Source: Candidatus Chazhemtobacterium aquaticus
Lineage (GTDB): Bacteria > Patescibacteriota > Microgenomatia > UBA1400 > Chazhemtobacteraceae
Reading direction: 5' to 3'
Length of the DNA stretch: 64,000 bases
Assembly: GCF_009936135.1 (NCBI RefSeq)
Contig: NZ_CP047901.1
Coordinates: forward strand, 216,984-280,983
In this document: piece after piece, positions 18,782 through 28,305 of the stretch
How positions within the stretch are numbered: position 1 is the first letter of the stretch
Layout: each line of letters opens with the position of its first letter
Program-made: the position numbers and the translations under genes
Notes under the pieces: model-generated
What the model was told of the DNA's origin: nothing
Seen by the model: only the letters and a program-made list of their open reading frames with translations
Databases searched by the model: none

Positions 18782-19786
18782 ATGTCACCATACCCACTCC
18801 TAACTTCAGCCTCAATCTCTCATAAATCTCTCATTCTCCGCCTGGATCTTGATGTCCCCATTAAAAACAACCAAGTTCTTGACACCACTCGGCTTGAAGC
18901 CACTCTACCCACGCTACTACTTTGTCTCAAGCACGCTCGCAAAACCTTAATCATTGGACATCGTGGCAGGCCAAAAAAAACTGACCCATCTTACAGCCTT
19001 AAACCAGTTCTAAATACACTTATAGACTTAACCAAACTCAATATCCCCATGCTCAACACGCTTGATGAAATAGAGCAGTGGGGGACCACCACTTCCCCAG
19101 TCGCCCTTCTGGAAAATCTCCGCTTCTGGCCTGGTGAAGCCAATAATGACCCAGAATTTGTTCAAAAACTTGCCCAAAACCAACATCTCTTTGTCAATGA
19201 TTCTTTTGGCACCTCGCATAGGGAAGTGGGCTCTGTAGTTGGTTTGCCACGGCTTCTTTCTACATTATTTGGTCACCAATTTGACCGCGAAATTACCGCA
19301 TTAAACCCTATAATAAATAAACCCAAAAGACCTATAACTCTAATACTAGGTGGAGCCAAGCCTGACAAACTCAAATTTGTGGATAACTTTATCAACCAAT
19401 ACGATAACGTGCTAATTGGAGGTGCCCTCGCTCTTCAGTCTCTAAAAAACCCAAAACTCACCATAGCCAAATTAACTTCTGATCATCTCGATATCACACC
19501 AGATTCCGCCCAATACTTTTCCCAGATTATCTCCCACTCCTCCACTGTCATCTGGAACGGACCCTTAGGAAAATTTGAGGACCCAGACAATCGTAAAGGC
19601 ACTCAGACAGTCGCTCAAGCCATCGCCTCCTCCCCTGCCCTCAAAATTGCTGGTGGAGCTGATACCGAATCTGCTATTTCACTACTAAATCTGAACCCTC
19701 GTTTTGACCATATTAGTACCGGCGGCGGCGCCATGCTTCATTATCTAGCTCACCACACCCTACCCGCACTTGAAGCTATCTCATAA
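18782..19786 (+). CDS. pgk: Phosphoglycerate kinase (compact)
   Basis: LENLRFWPGE, VNDSFGTSHR, GGAKPDKLKF, WNGPLGKFE and GGADTESAI correspond to PGK signature blocks. Confidence 0.8.
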   Translation: MSPYPLLTSASISHKSLILRLDLDVPIKNNQVLDTTRLEATLPTLLLCLKHARKTLIIGHRGRPKKTDPSYSLKPVLNTLIDLTKLNIPMLNTLDEIEQWGTTTSPVALLENLRFWPGEANNDPEFVQKLAQNQHLFVNDSFGTSHREVGSVVGLPRLLSTLFGHQFDREITALNPIINKPKRPITLILGGAKPDKLKFVDNFINQYDNVLIGGALALQSLKNPKLTIAKLTSDHLDITPDSAQYFSQIISHSSTVIWNGPLGKFEDPDNRKGTQTVAQAIASSPALKIAGGADTESAISLLNLNPRFDHISTGGGAMLHYLAHHTLPALEAIS

Positions 19787-19804
19787 ATCAGCCATACTCT
19801 AACT

Positions 19805-20893
19805 ATGCCCAACCTTAAATTCGCCATCAATGGCTTTGGTCGTATCGGTCGCTCGTCATTTCGAGTCTGGCTAAAACGTTTTCAAGACTCTCTTGACTTG
19901 GTTGCCATCAATACCTCTGGATCAATGCCCGTTTCAGGCTGGGCTCATCTTGCCAAATATGACACTGCTTATAGGACACTTGACATACCTCTAGACTATC
20001 GTGAGGTTAAACCACCAGACAAAGCTACCGACGAAGACCCTCTTATAGGATATTTTATTCTTGGCAAAAAAGACATTCCCATCCTAGCACAACGTGACCC
20101 AGAGAAGTTACCCTGGGGAAAATACCAGCCCGATGCTGTAATTGAATCCACTGGTGTTTTTCGCACCCAAGAAGAGGCTGGTAAACACCTCACCGCCGGA
20201 GCCAAACTAGTCATCATCTCTGCTCCAGCCAAAGGAGGCAATACCCCGACCTCCGTCATTGGGGTTAACCATCAAGACCTTCTCTCTGCTCCTCGAGATC
20301 GCACCAACAGCCTCACTGTTATCAGCAACGCCTCCTGTACCACTAACTGTGTCGCTCCAGTCGCCGCTGTTATGCATGCCAAGCTTGGAGTCAAGAAGGC
20401 TGTCCTGAACACTATCCACGGCTATACCGATGATCAAAACCTTCAGGACAACTCTCACAAAGACCTTAGGCGCGCCCGTGCTGCATCAGCCAATATTGTT
20501 CCCACCTCAACCGGAGCGGCTCTCGCTACTACCGAAACCATCCCTGACCTCAAAGGCCTCTTCGATGGTATTGCCTTAAGAGTTCCTGTTATCACGGCCT
20601 CAATAACTGACTTCACCTTCCTGACTCAAAGAACCACTAGTGTAGACGAAGTTAATCAAATGTTTATTGACGCCTCTCAATCTCCACTCTATCGTCACAT
20701 TCTAGCCGTCACTCAAGAACCTCTGGTTTCTTCAGACATCATTGGTCGTCCTGAATCGGCCATCGTTGATCTTGAACTCACCCGCGTAGTCGACGGTGAC
20801 TTAGTCAAAATAATGGCTTGGTACGATAACGAATGGGGTTACGCTAATCGCCTAATTGAGCAAGTCGTCTCAGCCGGGGAATCACTTTCATAA
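19805..20893 (+). CDS. gap: Glyceraldehyde-3-phosphate dehydrogenase (type I)
   Basis: KFAINGFGRIGR and the active-site block SNASCTTNCVAPVAAV are present. Confidence 0.9.
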   Translation: MPNLKFAINGFGRIGRSSFRVWLKRFQDSLDLVAINTSGSMPVSGWAHLAKYDTAYRTLDIPLDYREVKPPDKATDEDPLIGYFILGKKDIPILAQRDPEKLPWGKYQPDAVIESTGVFRTQEEAGKHLTAGAKLVIISAPAKGGNTPTSVIGVNHQDLLSAPRDRTNSLTVISNASCTTNCVAPVAAVMHAKLGVKKAVLNTIHGYTDDQNLQDNSHKDLRRARAASANIVPTSTGAALATTETIPDLKGLFDGIALRVPVITASITDFTFLTQRTTSVDEVNQMFIDASQSPLYRHILAVTQEPLVSSDIIGRPESAIVDLELTRVVDGDLVKIMAWYDNEWGYANRLIEQVVSAGESLS

Positions 20894-20899
20894 ACTTTT

Positions 20900-20971
20900 G
20901 AGGCCTGGACGGGAATCGAACCCGTGAATAAGAGTTTTGCAGACTCCTGCCTTCCCACTTGGCTACCAGGC
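20900..20971 (-). tRNA. tRNA-Cys (anticodon GCA)
   Basis: The minus strand reads GGCCUGG-UA-GCCAAGUGGGAAGGC-A-GGAGU-CUGCAAA-ACUCU-UAUUC-ACGGG-UUCGAUU-CCCGU-CCAGGCC-U. It has a 7-bp acceptor stem, U33, anticodon GCA, A37, a GUUCGAUUC T-loop and discriminator U. CCA is not encoded. Confidence 0.85.
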
Positions 20972-21047
20972 CAGCCACTTAATTGTAACATTCCAGGCTT
21001 AATTTCAGCCTTCCTCATTTGTCAATTCATGGCTAAGCTGATAAACT

Positions 21048-21998
21048 TTGCCTACCATGTTGCGCAAGCTAGTTCCTATTTTCATCTTATCCATTCTTCT
21101 TTCAGGTTGCTCTCTTAAACTACCCAGCCTCACCTCCTCTCAAAAATCTGGCCTTCAAGTAACTTCGAATCCTCAAGCCACCGTCCTTCTTGATGGTCAG
21201 TCGCTTGGTATCACCCCCATTCAAGAAGAGGGTATAAAATCAGGCACTTATACCATTAAGCTTGTTCCGTCTGACAACTCGCTCCAACCATGGGAGACTC
21301 AGATAACTCTAGTGCCTGGTGTTCTCACTGTTATTGATCGAAAATTAGCCGCCTCGCTTGATCAATCGCATGGCTACAGTCTCTCCTTCGAAAAACTCCA
21401 GTCTTCAGATCAATCCCGGCTTGCGGTGACCACCATTCCCGACTCGGTCACTGTTACTGTTGATGGCAATCCTCAGGGCTTCACCCCTGTTTCTCTCGAT
21501 ACTCTCACTGAGGGTGAACACACCATTCTCTTAACCTCGCCAGGTTTTGAAGATAAAACCATAAGAGCCAGGACTGTCGCTGGCTATAGTCTCACGATCT
21601 CCGCTCAATTGGCCAAAAAAGGTTCACCCGACCTATTAGGTCTCAATACCGAAGCCTCCCCATCAGCCTTTTTAGCTACCCCCTCCGCCAATCTTTCGCC
21701 AACCCCTTCATCTCCACCCAAGCCAACCACTACCCCCAGCCTAAAACCTACCGCCAACCTCTCCCCATCTCCCGCTTCTACCTCATCAGCCATTCCCAAA
21801 CCTTACATTGAGATCGATAGCTCTGTTGGCTGGGTTAATATTCGCACTGAGCCAGGTGGCGGCTCAATCATATCTACTGCTAACAATGGTGAGCGTTTTT
21901 CATATCTTAATCAATCCACCAACGGCTATTACAAGATTCAATACTCTCCTACTCAAATAGGCTGGGTCTCTTCTCAATACTCCACTCTCGTAAACTAA
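21048..21998 (+). CDS. Lipoprotein with two PEGA domains, a Pro/Ser/Thr linker and a C-terminal bacterial SH3 domain
   Basis: Lipobox LLSGC. PEGA-like repeats are SNPQATVLLDGQSLGITP and TIPDSVTVTVDGNPQGFTP. The SH3b-like tail is GWVNIRTEPGGGSII...GWVSSQYSTL. Confidence 0.6.
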   Translation: MPTMLRKLVPIFILSILLSGCSLKLPSLTSSQKSGLQVTSNPQATVLLDGQSLGITPIQEEGIKSGTYTIKLVPSDNSLQPWETQITLVPGVLTVIDRKLAASLDQSHGYSLSFEKLQSSDQSRLAVTTIPDSVTVTVDGNPQGFTPVSLDTLTEGEHTILLTSPGFEDKTIRARTVAGYSLTISAQLAKKGSPDLLGLNTEASPSAFLATPSANLSPTPSSPPKPTTTPSLKPTANLSPSPASTSSAIPKPYIEIDSSVGWVNIRTEPGGGSIISTANNGERFSYLNQSTNGYYKIQYSPTQIGWVSSQYSTLVN

Positions 21999-22047
21999 TC
22001 TTCTATCCCCGCCTTTACCACCACACTACTTGATACGACCGTTTAAC

Positions 22048-22980
22048 TTAAGCTACATAAAGAAGTCCTAACACCATCACCCCCCACAACACCACTGTTA
22101 TGATCAGCGGCTTATCAGACAACAGTATTCTCTCCGGGCTTTCACCCTCGTTCTTCTCGTAAATCAACTGCATGTATCGCATCACACCATATACTACCAA
22201 CGGGATTGTTGCCATAAGCCACTTTTCAGATAAAAAAGTTTTTGGTAACAGTGACAGAAAGGTTAAAACCTTACCCTCAAACTCAATTCTTGGCTGATTA
22301 AAAGTAAACAAGGCGTACGACAACCACGAAGCCGTAGCAAACATCGCCGTATAAATATTCAACAGCTCCTCAGTGTATCGTTTCAAAGTCTCCCTGACAG
22401 CTGCAGTGTTTCCGCTTCCACGAAGTAAAGTCATCTCGCTTTTTCTTTTGCCCACAGCCAAAAACAATGAAAGTGAAATCACAGTCAACAAAAACCACAC
22501 ATTCATATGAGCGTCAATGACCACCGCTCCCGCATACACCCTCAAAATATATCCTGTTGCAATCGTAATCACATCCAAAATCGGGATATTTTTCAGCCAA
22601 TAAGTGTACAACAAGCCTGAAACGACTAAATAGGTCAAACATATACCAAAGAAAAACATATTCATGGCATATGCCCAGGCCAAGCCAATTATCACACCAG
22701 CCAACATCGCAAATACTGCTAAAGACACCGGTAACTCACCAGACGCCAAAGGACGTTTTCTTTTAAACGGGTGTTTACGATCAGCCTCTATGTCCAACAA
22801 ATCATTGAAAATATAAACACTCGCACTTATCAAGGTAAATACCACTATTGCCTCCACCACCTTCTCCAACCTGCCTGGCACTAACAACAGACCGCTGAAA
22901 ACCACTGGCGCCAACAACGCCGCATTCTTTATCCACTGTCTCGGTCTCGCCGTCCTAAATAACGCCCATAAGATACCCAT
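22048..22980 (-). CDS. UbiA-family prenyltransferase resembling decaprenyl-phosphate phosphoribosyltransferase (DPPR synthase)
   Basis: RPRQWIKN and NDLLDIEADRKHPFKRKRPLASGE (the Asp-rich UbiA motif in the DPPR-synthase arrangement) are present, with about 8 TM helices. Confidence 0.65.
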   Translation of the reverse strand: MGILWALFRTARPRQWIKNAALLAPVVFSGLLLVPGRLEKVVEAIVVFTLISASVYIFNDLLDIEADRKHPFKRKRPLASGELPVSLAVFAMLAGVIIGLAWAYAMNMFFFGICLTYLVVSGLLYTYWLKNIPILDVITIATGYILRVYAGAVVIDAHMNVWFLLTVISLSLFLAVGKRKSEMTLLRGSGNTAAVRETLKRYTEELLNIYTAMFATASWLSYALFTFNQPRIEFEGKVLTFLSLLPKTFLSEKWLMATIPLVVYGVMRYMQLIYEKNEGESPERILLSDKPLIITVVLWGVMVLGLLYVA

Positions 22981-24008
22981 AACAAAAAGGCTCCTAATAA
23001 TAAACTTACTAACACCATTGTATAAAATTTTTGTCTACTGTCTAATCTTAAAGCCATAAACCCCAACACCGCTGTCACCAACCAATAAAACACGGCCACC
23101 TTTCTCTTTCCCCAACCCAAATCCATCAACTTATGGTGCAAGTGACCCCGATCCCCCCACACTGGAGATTTACCTTGAAATATCCTTCTAATTCCAATAT
23201 AGACAGCGTCTATTAACGGTATTCCTAACACTACCAAGGCGGTTCCAATCTTTGTCGTCGATAGTATTGCCAACGTAGCTAGCATGAATCCTGCAAAACT
23301 ACCCCCTCCATATCCTGGCATACTTTTCTGCGGGTAGAAATTAAACGGCAAATAGCCTGCATAAGAACCCGCCAGAGCAAAAGCCAACACGGCCACCGGC
23401 CATTGAGCCACGTCAGCACTATATCTAAAACTCAACACCCCAATTACCACTCCGGCAACCACCACAATTCCTGGCAACTGTCCGTCAAGACCCTTGCTCC
23501 AGTTGACTGCATTCATCACAAACGGTATCCAAAGCAATGCTAGCAAGTCTGCCAAAACCAGCACTTGCCTCTCTCCTCCCCACGAAATTCCCTTATCTAG
23601 CATAATCACACCACCACCCAAAGGGTTAGTTATATAAGAAATTCCAATTCCAGCGCCTACTACCATCAAGGCTGCCAATAAATTGGTGACCAGTCTTAAA
23701 TATGGACTCAAGTCATAAATATCATCCAAAACACCCACTATCATCACAAGAGCTCCTACCAACATTATGGCCAGTAAATGTTTATCAATAGGCAGTAAGA
23801 CAACTACTGTCAACAACGTCCCCAACACTACCGAAATCCCCCCACCTTTTGGTACTGGCTCCTTGTGAGTGTGTGCTGGATGCTTTGTCCGATTAGGATC
23901 AACCACCCACCCAAATTTCTTATAGACCCTAATCACTACTGGCGTTATCACTCCAGCTATGACTGCAGCTATCAAAAAAGGAAAAATAGTTAAATTCCAG
24001 CTATTCAT
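22929..24008 (-). CDS. Glycosyltransferase family 4 polyprenyl-phosphate sugar-1-phosphate transferase (WecA/MraY-like)
   Basis: Carries the LGVLDDIYDLSP and NAVNWSKGLDGQLPGIVVV (NAxNxxDGxDGL) motifs and is polytopic. Confidence 0.8.
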   Translation of the reverse strand: MNSWNLTIFPFLIAAVIAGVITPVVIRVYKKFGWVVDPNRTKHPAHTHKEPVPKGGGISVVLGTLLTVVVLLPIDKHLLAIMLVGALVMIVGVLDDIYDLSPYLRLVTNLLAALMVVGAGIGISYITNPLGGGVIMLDKGISWGGERQVLVLADLLALLWIPFVMNAVNWSKGLDGQLPGIVVVAGVVIGVLSFRYSADVAQWPVAVLAFALAGSYAGYLPFNFYPQKSMPGYGGGSFAGFMLATLAILSTTKIGTALVVLGIPLIDAVYIGIRRIFQGKSPVWGDRGHLHHKLMDLGWGKRKVAVFYWLVTAVLGFMALRLDSRQKFYTMVLVSLLLGAFLLWVSYGRYLGRRDRDSG

Positions 24009-24362
24009 TTACAGCACCACCATTATTACTCTAATCAGGCTTAAAACCATTAACAGCTCGCACGTTACTCCACCCCAAATCAAAACCCGTTTCAACAACT
24101 CCTCACCACCCCCAATCAACCTCACCAACAATCCGTTCACAATCATCACTCCTCCAAAAGTAAACACCATCACCCCTAACCAAGTTTTTTCAATTAGTTG
24201 TTGTTCTCCCCAGGGCATCGAGAAAAACCAAGGCATTTCCGGCGGTAACCTCTGCCAATTGACTACCAACAAAATCACCGCCATCAACCAACAGCCCAAG
24301 CCCGTCAACATTCCCGCCATCACCCCTTTCTCACTTAGCCAACCTCCTTTATTCATAAACAC
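24009..24362 (-). CDS. Small 3-4 TM membrane protein, function unknown
   Basis: ORF of 117 aa. The stop abuts the upstream gene start (24008/24009), implying an operon. Confidence 0.4.
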   Translation of the reverse strand: MFMNKGGWLSEKGVMAGMLTGLGCWLMAVILLVVNWQRLPPEMPWFFSMPWGEQQLIEKTWLGVMVFTFGGVMIVNGLLVRLIGGGEELLKRVLIWGGVTCELLMVLSLIRVIMVVL

Positions 24363-24370
24363 ATTCTACC

Positions 24371-25945
24371 TCAATCACTCGCTTCCCAACGTCGCCACAC
24401 CACTGCCCCGCCATCTTCCATTACCTGCAGGTAGTATGCCGATAGATATGCATCAAGCTCTCTATCAACCAGCTCACCCTCTATGGTCACAATGTATTTT
24501 GGTCCCTCTTTAGTCAGGGCAGCCATTGTTTCACTCATACCATCAAAATCCCTAATGTGATAATTCACCGTATATCTACCAACTGGCAATCTATCACTTA
24601 AAACATATATCGCCGGTTCGGTCCCCCACACAAAAATCTTAGCGTCCTGATCGGTTCTTTGTCTAATATACTCAGCTACCCTCATATTTCGCACCACTCC
24701 ATTCCCAAAGAAATCATAAAAATCTTCTCTGGTTTTTTGGCCAGTAACATACATAACAAAATTGACATAATAATCAACACTCTTGTAATACCAGTACTCG
24801 TATCTCCATATGGCTACTCCCACAGTCAGCGCCAAAACGAAAGCCACCCCTGCCTTTATCAATTTAAATCTATCAATTACTAGTCCTATCAACAAGCTGG
24901 CTGGTGCCACAATCTCAATTAGATAATGTGGATACGGCCGACCAGCTAAATTAGCTCCAAACAGACCCCCTACCAACCATAAACTAGCCAGTCCAAACTC
25001 TCTGCCCAACCTCTTTCTTAAACACCAAATAGCTATCAGCCAAACCAAGAGCACGACTCCTCTCTGAAACAACCCGTTTTCATAAAATGCCCCACTTCCC
25101 CCCTCCCAAGAAGATAAATAGCCAATATTTTGCCCCAAAGCAGAGCGCAAATACCTCTCACCAGCTCCTTCCGCTACATAATAAACAATACTTAACAACA
25201 CCGGAACCAGAAACCCTATTAACACGAGCCAAAGCCTTCTATCCACAATCCACTTAAACCACCCACGCCAATCACTCACTTGATAAACACTTAACCAAAA
25301 CAACACCCCGAACAAATCAAACAAAACCGGCACCTTAAACAAAAATCCTAAAGAAAACAAAACCCCAGCCATTATCCACTTTTTCCAAACTATGACTCTT
25401 TTATTACTCTCAACCCACATCAACAACACTCCCGCAGTCACTGGCATAATCATAAACACCTCACCATTGGCGATATTGCCCTCAGTTAACGGTATTGATG
25501 TAAAAACTCCAAATACACCCGTTACCAACACCATCAACCACCTACTCTTAATTAACTTTTCTGCCAGCTTCCATACCAACACCACATTCACCAAGTTCCA
25601 AGCCATCAAAATCAATCTAAACCACATCACACTCCCTGCCATTGCCGCTACTAAATACAATAAAGGCGGCTTATTATCATGAATATCTCGGTAAAAAACT
25701 AATCCCTTGCGCAAACCCTGACCTAAGGTTAAGTAAATGTCCTCGTCAGCATACCGGTTAGGCTCAAATAATCCTGGAATCCTCAAAACTGCCACCAGTA
25801 ACAAAATAAGAATCAGCCCTTCATTTTTCTCTATTCCAGTCTTAAGTTTTAACCACCAATCCCGAAATAACAATCTTTGCTTTCCCATATCTTCATCTAG
25901 TCTACTAAATCTTACACCAGCCCAAAAGCTCCAAAACCCTTTCAC
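24371..25945 (-). CDS. GT-C fold polytopic glycosyltransferase (ArnT/PMT/Emb-like, polyprenyl-phosphate-sugar dependent)
   Basis: About 12 TM helices. There is an early acidic ADEDIY loop motif and the general ArnT-like architecture. Confidence 0.55.
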   Translation of the reverse strand: MKGFWSFWAGVRFSRLDEDMGKQRLLFRDWWLKLKTGIEKNEGLILILLLVAVLRIPGLFEPNRYADEDIYLTLGQGLRKGLVFYRDIHDNKPPLLYLVAAMAGSVMWFRLILMAWNLVNVVLVWKLAEKLIKSRWLMVLVTGVFGVFTSIPLTEGNIANGEVFMIMPVTAGVLLMWVESNKRVIVWKKWIMAGVLFSLGFLFKVPVLFDLFGVLFWLSVYQVSDWRGWFKWIVDRRLWLVLIGFLVPVLLSIVYYVAEGAGERYLRSALGQNIGYLSSWEGGSGAFYENGLFQRGVVLLVWLIAIWCLRKRLGREFGLASLWLVGGLFGANLAGRPYPHYLIEIVAPASLLIGLVIDRFKLIKAGVAFVLALTVGVAIWRYEYWYYKSVDYYVNFVMYVTGQKTREDFYDFFGNGVVRNMRVAEYIRQRTDQDAKIFVWGTEPAIYVLSDRLPVGRYTVNYHIRDFDGMSETMAALTKEGPKYIVTIEGELVDRELDAYLSAYYLQVMEDGGAVVWRRWEASD

Positions 25946-25985
25946 TTTTCAATCAACTGATAGCCAAACAAACTCATGCAGACCC

Positions 25986-27503
25986 TTATACCTTCTCGGT
26001 CACTCTATACTCTAAATATCTTCCCATCATTAGTCTTGTATGAGCCTCCAGACCGGGTAATGCCGTAAACAAAAGACCAACTACTGGTAATAACACAAAC
26101 TCAAACGGCGACAAAACCTTTCTCCATAAGGGCAAATCTTTCACTCCTGGCCTTGCTTTCATGTCAACAAACACTATCAATAGCAAACCAATCAACGATG
26201 CTGTCAGAATGGCACTCGCCACCTGCGGCAATGTCTTTCCCATTATCGTTCTTGCGAAATCTTCATTAAGCAGGGGTGGTAATGTGGCGCCAAGTGTAAT
26301 TGCAAACCAGTTTACTGGCCACAAGAAATGATCCTCTAATACCTTTAATACCCTTAAAGTCTTGTCCCAAAAATCTGCTCGCTGATCCATGATATACCCC
26401 TTTAAAAAATATGCATCATCACTTGCTCCCCACGCCCACCGCTTCACTTGTTGATAAGTGTTATTAAAGGTTTTTATAAACGAAGTTGACTCAGCCGCGT
26501 CGGCATATATGGGTAAAAAGATTGGCTCGACCTCCACCTCTCCTCCAGTGGCAAAATACGCCTTAAAAAACATTCGATAATCCTCCGGGATAACATCAGT
26601 ATCCCAATAACCCACCTCATCCATTAACTTCAGTGACAAGGTGTATGTCGAAAAATTTATTAATCTTTCAGGTCTCATCAACATTCCCATCTGGACAATT
26701 GAAGAGGCTCGATTAAACACCCTCATCAACCAAGGAATTTGTTCAATATTGTTGTAATAAAGAATTGCCCCTTGCCATACTCGCCTATAGCGATGAGGAG
26801 AATCTAGAAACTTATATGTCAAAGCTGCCATATGATTGGGGTGAAGCTGAACATCGGCGTCTGCTGAAGATATTGTCATGTAATCAATATCCCAGTCGTC
26901 TTTATGATTTTTCTTCCACACCCTTACAAACTCCTTAGCTCCCCATGCCGCGTTAGACGACTTACCTACTACCTCACCAGCAATACCAGGAGGATGAACT
27001 GCAAATATCAAATCATCAAACACCCCCTCAAACCGCTTCTTAAGGGCTTTCATTCTTGGCTCATTAATCTCCTCACCTGCACGTTCCTCAAAAGCTAACA
27101 CTGGAATTATTTGCTTTGCCGGAAAGGTCTGTTTAGCCAAAGCTTCCAAGTTCCTCTCTAATGTATGTAGTGGTTCTTTATAGTTAGGAATCACCACCAC
27201 ATGTCTAACCCTTTTCCAATCCTTAAAACCTCTTACATCCCCCATCCAATCATATTTTTCTGACGCCCTGATCCTGTAATAAGCCAACAACGACAATACT
27301 GCCATAGACACAGATCTATAAAACCAATACACATAGAACGCAATAATGTAATATGCCACCACCACGGGAATAAAAAACGAGCCCCACACCGGGAACAAAA
27401 TCAAGTTCCACGATACAAATCCGGGCAGTATTTCAAGTAGTCTTTGCGACAACCTCGGATATCTAATCAAAAACAATCGAAAAGGAATCAATACTCTGTT
27501 CAT
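25986..27503 (-). CDS. Membrane-integrated processive family-2 glycosyltransferase (QxxRW motif)
   Basis: VVIPNYKE, the DAD motif and QQVKRWAWG (Q-x-x-R-W) are present, with N- and C-terminal TM bundles. Confidence 0.65.
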   Translation of the reverse strand: MNRVLIPFRLFLIRYPRLSQRLLEILPGFVSWNLILFPVWGSFFIPVVVAYYIIAFYVYWFYRSVSMAVLSLLAYYRIRASEKYDWMGDVRGFKDWKRVRHVVVIPNYKEPLHTLERNLEALAKQTFPAKQIIPVLAFEERAGEEINEPRMKALKKRFEGVFDDLIFAVHPPGIAGEVVGKSSNAAWGAKEFVRVWKKNHKDDWDIDYMTISSADADVQLHPNHMAALTYKFLDSPHRYRRVWQGAILYYNNIEQIPWLMRVFNRASSIVQMGMLMRPERLINFSTYTLSLKLMDEVGYWDTDVIPEDYRMFFKAYFATGGEVEVEPIFLPIYADAAESTSFIKTFNNTYQQVKRWAWGASDDAYFLKGYIMDQRADFWDKTLRVLKVLEDHFLWPVNWFAITLGATLPPLLNEDFARTIMGKTLPQVASAILTASLIGLLLIVFVDMKARPGVKDLPLWRKVLSPFEFVLLPVVGLLFTALPGLEAHTRLMMGRYLEYRVTEKV

Positions 27504-28283
27504 CTAATTCATTTTATTAAACAATTCTAGAGCGTTTTTACTTGTTATTTCGTTAATTTCTTCAACTGACTTTTCATACAAACCCGCCAAGAAGCTCGCC
27601 ACTATTCTAACATTTTTCGGCTCATTCACCCTTCCTCGCAACTCTCCAGGAGCCAAATAAGGCGAGTCTGTTTCCAAAACCAGTCTCTCAAGAGGTGTTT
27701 GTCTAACCAAATCAACCAAAACCCCATTTTTCTTGTAAGTTACATTTCCCCCAAAGCTAACATAAAAACCCTTGCTCAACACCAATTTTAGAAAATCCCC
27801 CCCGCTCGACCAACAATGAAACTGGCCCCTAGGTACGCGATCCATGGACTTGATTACCTCCATCATCTCCTCCTCAGCTTCTCTCATGTGTATTACCACC
27901 GGCAAACTCATCACAACAGCCAACTCCAACTGTTTTTTGAACAGCTCGACCTGCGCCTTCTTTGTCTTTTTCTGCTTGTCCCAATAAAAATCCATCCCGA
28001 TCTCACCAATTCCCACTACCCTTTCCTCACCTTTTATCAATTTCACCAGCTTGTCAATCTCGAGCTTGAATTCTGGTTCATTAATTACTTTCTCCGGATG
28101 AACACCAACCAGTGCGTAAACACCTTTGTATTGTTTAGCAATGCTCTTTACCTTGATCGCATCTTGTAAGTCAACACTGGGTACGATTATTCTCTCCACT
28201 CCCACATCCTCCGCCGACCTAACCACCTCATCCAACCTTCCCTCGAATGCTTGATCGCTCAGATGAGCGTGCGTATCTATCAT
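27504..28283 (-). CDS. tatD: TatD-family metal-dependent DNase/hydrolase
   Basis: MIDTHAHL plus the downstream His/Asp/Glu pattern is present. The start was taken at the internal Met. Confidence 0.8.
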   Translation of the reverse strand: MIDTHAHLSDQAFEGRLDEVVRSAEDVGVERIIVPSVDLQDAIKVKSIAKQYKGVYALVGVHPEKVINEPEFKLEIDKLVKLIKGEERVVGIGEIGMDFYWDKQKKTKKAQVELFKKQLELAVVMSLPVVIHMREAEEEMMEVIKSMDRVPRGQFHCWSSGGDFLKLVLSKGFYVSFGGNVTYKKNGVLVDLVRQTPLERLVLETDSPYLAPGELRGRVNEPKNVRIVASFLAGLYEKSVEEINEITSKNALELFNKMN

Positions 28284-28305
28284 CTTCAGACAGTATAATC
28301 CTTTT

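Noticed and set aside
20924-21118. 64-aa plus-strand ORF
   Set aside because: It overlaps the well-formed minus-strand tRNA-Cys and a strong promoter-like region, so it is a spurious ORF.
24009-24362. Small 4-TM protein as a GtrA-like polyprenyl-phosphate-sugar flippase (an analogy to mycobacterial Rv3789 was considered)
   Set aside because: No GtrA sequence motif is recognisable. The idea rests on size and context only, so it is left as an unknown membrane protein.
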